NCBI GenBank assembly: GCA_963734545.1
Contig: CAVTHO010000006.1
Coordinates: forward strand, 192,001 to 256,000
Direction: 5' to 3'
From: an uncultured Spirochaetota bacterium
GTDB taxonomy: Bacteria > Spirochaetota > Spirochaetia > SZUA-6 > Fen-1364
Length of the DNA: 64,000 bases
Shown: in pieces, positions 61,321 to 64,000 of the stretch
How positions within the stretch are numbered: position 1 is the first letter of the stretch
How the letters are laid out: every line of letters starts with the position of its first letter
The notes under the pieces: generated by a model
The model's database searches: none
The model's input: the letters and a program-made list of their open reading frames with translations, nothing else
What the model was told of the DNA's origin: nothing
Translations under genes and position numbers: made by a program

Positions 61321-62241
61321 ATGAGTGACCTGTCATTTCTGGGCAACTGGATCCATTCTCACGCGAGTCCCCGCACGGGGAGCGACGGCCGGCACGAGAT
61401 GGTCCGGGAGTTCGAACAGTTCTTCACCTACATCTTCAACAACTCCCCCGACGGCATCAGCATCCTGGGCCTGGATTTCACCATCCTCGGGGTGAATACC
61501 GCGATGGAGCGGTGGTACGAGCATGCCTCTCCGATCGTGGGAAGGAAATGCTACGAGGTCTATCACGGCCGCTCGGCCCCGTGTGACAACTGCCCCACCA
61601 ACGTCTCACTCAGATCCGGGAAGCCCCAGACCGGAATCGTCCCCTACGAGGGCCCCGATCGGGTTCGCGGCAGCCAGGAGCTCTCCGTCTTTCCCCTGTT
61701 CGACGATGAAGGACGGCTGTTCGGCCTCATCGAATACGTCCGCGAGATCACCGACCTCAACGAGGAGGAGCGGATCGTGGAGAACCTCAAGAGGAGGATC
61801 CAGTTCCAGGACCAGACGCTCCACGAGCAGGAGGTGGCGCTGGAGGTGGTCCTGCGCAGAGGCGACAAGGCCGCGCGGCGCGTGGCCAATGAGCTTGTGA
61901 GCAACATCAACCTCTTCATCGCCCCCCTGATCGGCCGGTTGAAGGAAAAGCTCGCGGGCACCGATTCGCTGGCGGATATCGAGCTGCTCGAAAACCGGCT
62001 CGCCCGGATCACTTCCCCCCTCATGAGCAGGCTGTCCACCGGGCATCGGCAGTTCACCGCGCGGGAGCGGGAGATCGCCGCCCTCATCATCGAGGGAAAG
62101 ACGAGCAAGGAGATTGCCGAACACCTCTGCCTGACGATAAAGGCCGTGGACTTCCATCGGATGAACCTGAGAAAGAAACTCCGTATGTCCAATTCCGGCC
62201 AGAGCCTCCAGGCACGGCTGTCCGAGCTGGAACAACCCTAG
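61321..62241 (+). CDS. PAS-domain / LuxR-HTH transcriptional regulator
   Basis: GRKCYEVYHG...PCDNCP PAS; FTAREREI...GKTSKEIA...HRMNLRKKL HTH. Confidence 0.9.
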   Translation: MSDLSFLGNWIHSHASPRTGSDGRHEMVREFEQFFTYIFNNSPDGISILGLDFTILGVNTAMERWYEHASPIVGRKCYEVYHGRSAPCDNCPTNVSLRSGKPQTGIVPYEGPDRVRGSQELSVFPLFDDEGRLFGLIEYVREITDLNEEERIVENLKRRIQFQDQTLHEQEVALEVVLRRGDKAARRVANELVSNINLFIAPLIGRLKEKLAGTDSLADIELLENRLARITSPLMSRLSTGHRQFTAREREIAALIIEGKTSKEIAEHLCLTIKAVDFHRMNLRKKLRMSNSGQSLQARLSELEQP

Positions 62242-62325
62242 CCGCGGCAGCCCTAGTCGCGGCAGCCCTAGTCGCGGCAGCCCTAGTCGCGGCAGCCCTA
62301 GTCGCGGCAGCCCTAGTCGCGGCGG
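62236..62325. repeat. 6 x 15-bp tandem repeat CCCTAGTCGCGGCAG
   Basis: Four perfect and two single-mismatch copies between convergent genes. Confidence 0.95.
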
Positions 62326-62334
62326 TCGGCCCTG

Positions 62335-63276
62335 CTATTTGATGATCGAGACTTTCTTCCTGTCGAACGTGACCGCGACCGCGATGATGATGAGGACTCC
62401 CAGGAAGACCTGCTGGGCGTAGACATCGACGCCGATGACGGTCAACCCGTTGTTGAGGACTCCCATGATGAGGGCGCCGACGAGCGTGTTCACCACGCCC
62501 CCCGCACCCCCCGTCATCGCGGTTCCCCCGACGACCACGGTGGCAATGGAGTTCAGAACGTAGACGCCACCCATGGTCGGATATCCGGAATACAGGGTGG
62601 CGGAGAGGATGATGCCCGCCATTGCGGCTCCGAAGCCTGAAAACGTGAATGCCAGGGTGCGCGCCCTGTCGATCTTGAGACCAGAGAGATAGGACATTCT
62701 CTCGTTTGCCCCGATGTACATGATGCTGCGGCCCAGCTGCGTGAAGCGCTGCATGTAATAGAAGACAAGGTAGATCACCAGCCCGCTGATCCAGACTGCC
62801 TGCACGGGCCCGATGGCGCCGACGATGAGGTCGAGCAGGCCATAGGCATTGTCCGGTGCCGCGAGCGGTTCGGCGGAAAGAAGGTACGCGATGCTCAGGA
62901 GGATGCCCTGGGTGCCGAGGGTGGCGATGAACGACGGGATCTTCAGCTTGGAGACGATCACTCCGTTGACGAAGCCGGACGCGGTCCCGATGAGAATGAC
63001 CAGCGGATACGCCCACGGGCCGATCGGTCCGAGGGTCAGCATGAAGACCACCGAGACGAGAGACATGATGCTGCCCACCGAAAGGTCGATTCCGCCCGTC
63101 AGGATGACGCAGGCCTGGCCCAGGCCGACCGCGAGCAGTATGGCGGCCGCGTTGAGGATCGTGCCCGCATTGTAGACGGAGAGAAAGCTGGGGTTCACGA
63201 TCGTGAAGAGCGCGACGATCGCGACAAAGAGGCCGAGGGATATGTATAAGGGTTTTATCGTGATGGATCGCGTCAT
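62335..63276 (-). CDS. Monosaccharide ABC permease (RbsC-like)
   Basis: GGIDLSVG, IPSFIATLG, VVGGT; start at ATG 63276. Confidence 0.92.
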   Translation of the reverse strand: MTRSITIKPLYISLGLFVAIVALFTIVNPSFLSVYNAGTILNAAAILLAVGLGQACVILTGGIDLSVGSIMSLVSVVFMLTLGPIGPWAYPLVILIGTASGFVNGVIVSKLKIPSFIATLGTQGILLSIAYLLSAEPLAAPDNAYGLLDLIVGAIGPVQAVWISGLVIYLVFYYMQRFTQLGRSIMYIGANERMSYLSGLKIDRARTLAFTFSGFGAAMAGIILSATLYSGYPTMGGVYVLNSIATVVVGGTAMTGGAGGVVNTLVGALIMGVLNNGLTVIGVDVYAQQVFLGVLIIIAVAVTFDRKKVSIIK

Positions 63277-63296
63277 GAAGTGTACCTCTGCTCTCT

Positions 63297-64000
63297 CTAG
63301 ACGATGTAGCCGATGATGTCCAGCGGCGTCGGCTTTTTTCCTTTCGGGCACGGAAGCTCCTTGACGACCTTCCCGTCTTTCATGACGAGCATCCGGTTGC
63401 AGAGCCCGATGTCCTCCTCGAGCGTGTCGCACATCATGATGAGGCTCACGCCTGAAGCGGCCAGCTCGCGGATCCTCCTGTAGATCTCGTCTTTGGCGCC
63501 GACGTCGATCCCCCGCGTAGGGTGGTCCAGGATGAGGATCCGCGCGCTGGCGGCGAGCCACTTGGCGATGACCACCTTCTGCTGGTTGCCTCCGCTCAGG
63601 TTGGCGCAGGAAGTCTGCAGAGAGGGTGTCTTGACCATGCATTCCTTCACCCAGCGCTCCGCGCTTTCCTTCTCGCGGCGAGGATTGAGGAAGACACCCG
63701 TCATCATGTCCTTCAGCACGAGAAGGTTGATGTTGCTCGCCACGTCGAGGGTCGTCGCAAGGCCCTCGTTCCGCCGATCGATGGGCACGCAGCCGATCCC
63801 GACGGCAATCGCGTCCTTGGGGGAAGAGAATCGAACCCGTCTCCCTTCCACCTCGATCGACCCTGCGTCGGGCTGCCCCGAACCGCCGAGGCATCGACAG
63901 ATCTCCTCCTTCCCCGAGCCCAGGAGGCCGACCAGGCTGACGATCTCTCCCTTGTGCAGCTCGAGGTTGAAGCTCTCGAACCGACCCTTCTGTTCCAGCC
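63297..64000 (-). CDS. Monosaccharide ABC ATPase (RbsA-like), 5' part outside window
   Basis: LSGGNQQKV, PTRGIDVGAK. Confidence 0.9.
   Translation of the reverse strand, partial: LEQKGRFESFNLELHKGEIVSLVGLLGSGKEEICRCLGGSGQPDAGSIEVEGRRVRFSSPKDAIAVGIGCVPIDRRNEGLATTLDVASNINLLVLKDMMTGVFLNPRREKESAERWVKECMVKTPSLQTSCANLSGGNQQKVVIAKWLAASARILILDHPTRGIDVGAKDEIYRRIRELAASGVSLIMMCDTLEEDIGLCNRMLVMKDGKVVKELPCPKGKKPTPLDIIGYIV

Overview
GC-rich bacterial chromosomal segment, gene-dense (about 60 CDSs), probably from a free-living anaerobe (Spirochaetia-like is an inference from gene repertoire only). It holds sugar-catabolic operons (1-6 kb, 42.8-64 kb), repair/stress genes (msrB, ada-like, srkA-like kinase, ABC-F), a YtrA-type ABC operon, resB/ccsA, a metallo-beta-lactamase/cNMP/hemerythrin protein next to an HD hydrolase, a glutaredoxin plus ferredoxin:thioredoxin-reductase-rubredoxin pair, aspS and a heterodimeric ABC exporter. 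Many single-base frameshifts, including one in essential aspS, look like long-read assembly errors. No tRNA, rRNA, CRISPR array, transposase or integrase was seen. The most unusual signal is non-coding: a dispersed family of 24-26 bp REP-like hairpins (RAAT + 6-7 bp stem + NRTA loop) at nine clear loci plus one degenerate one. Five of them carry a 26-nt double-hairpin module inserted at the loop GTAC, with an exact or near-exact 4-bp duplication, compensatory stem changes, both orientations and empty sister units alongside. This suggests an undescribed nested, structure-guided micro-element system.
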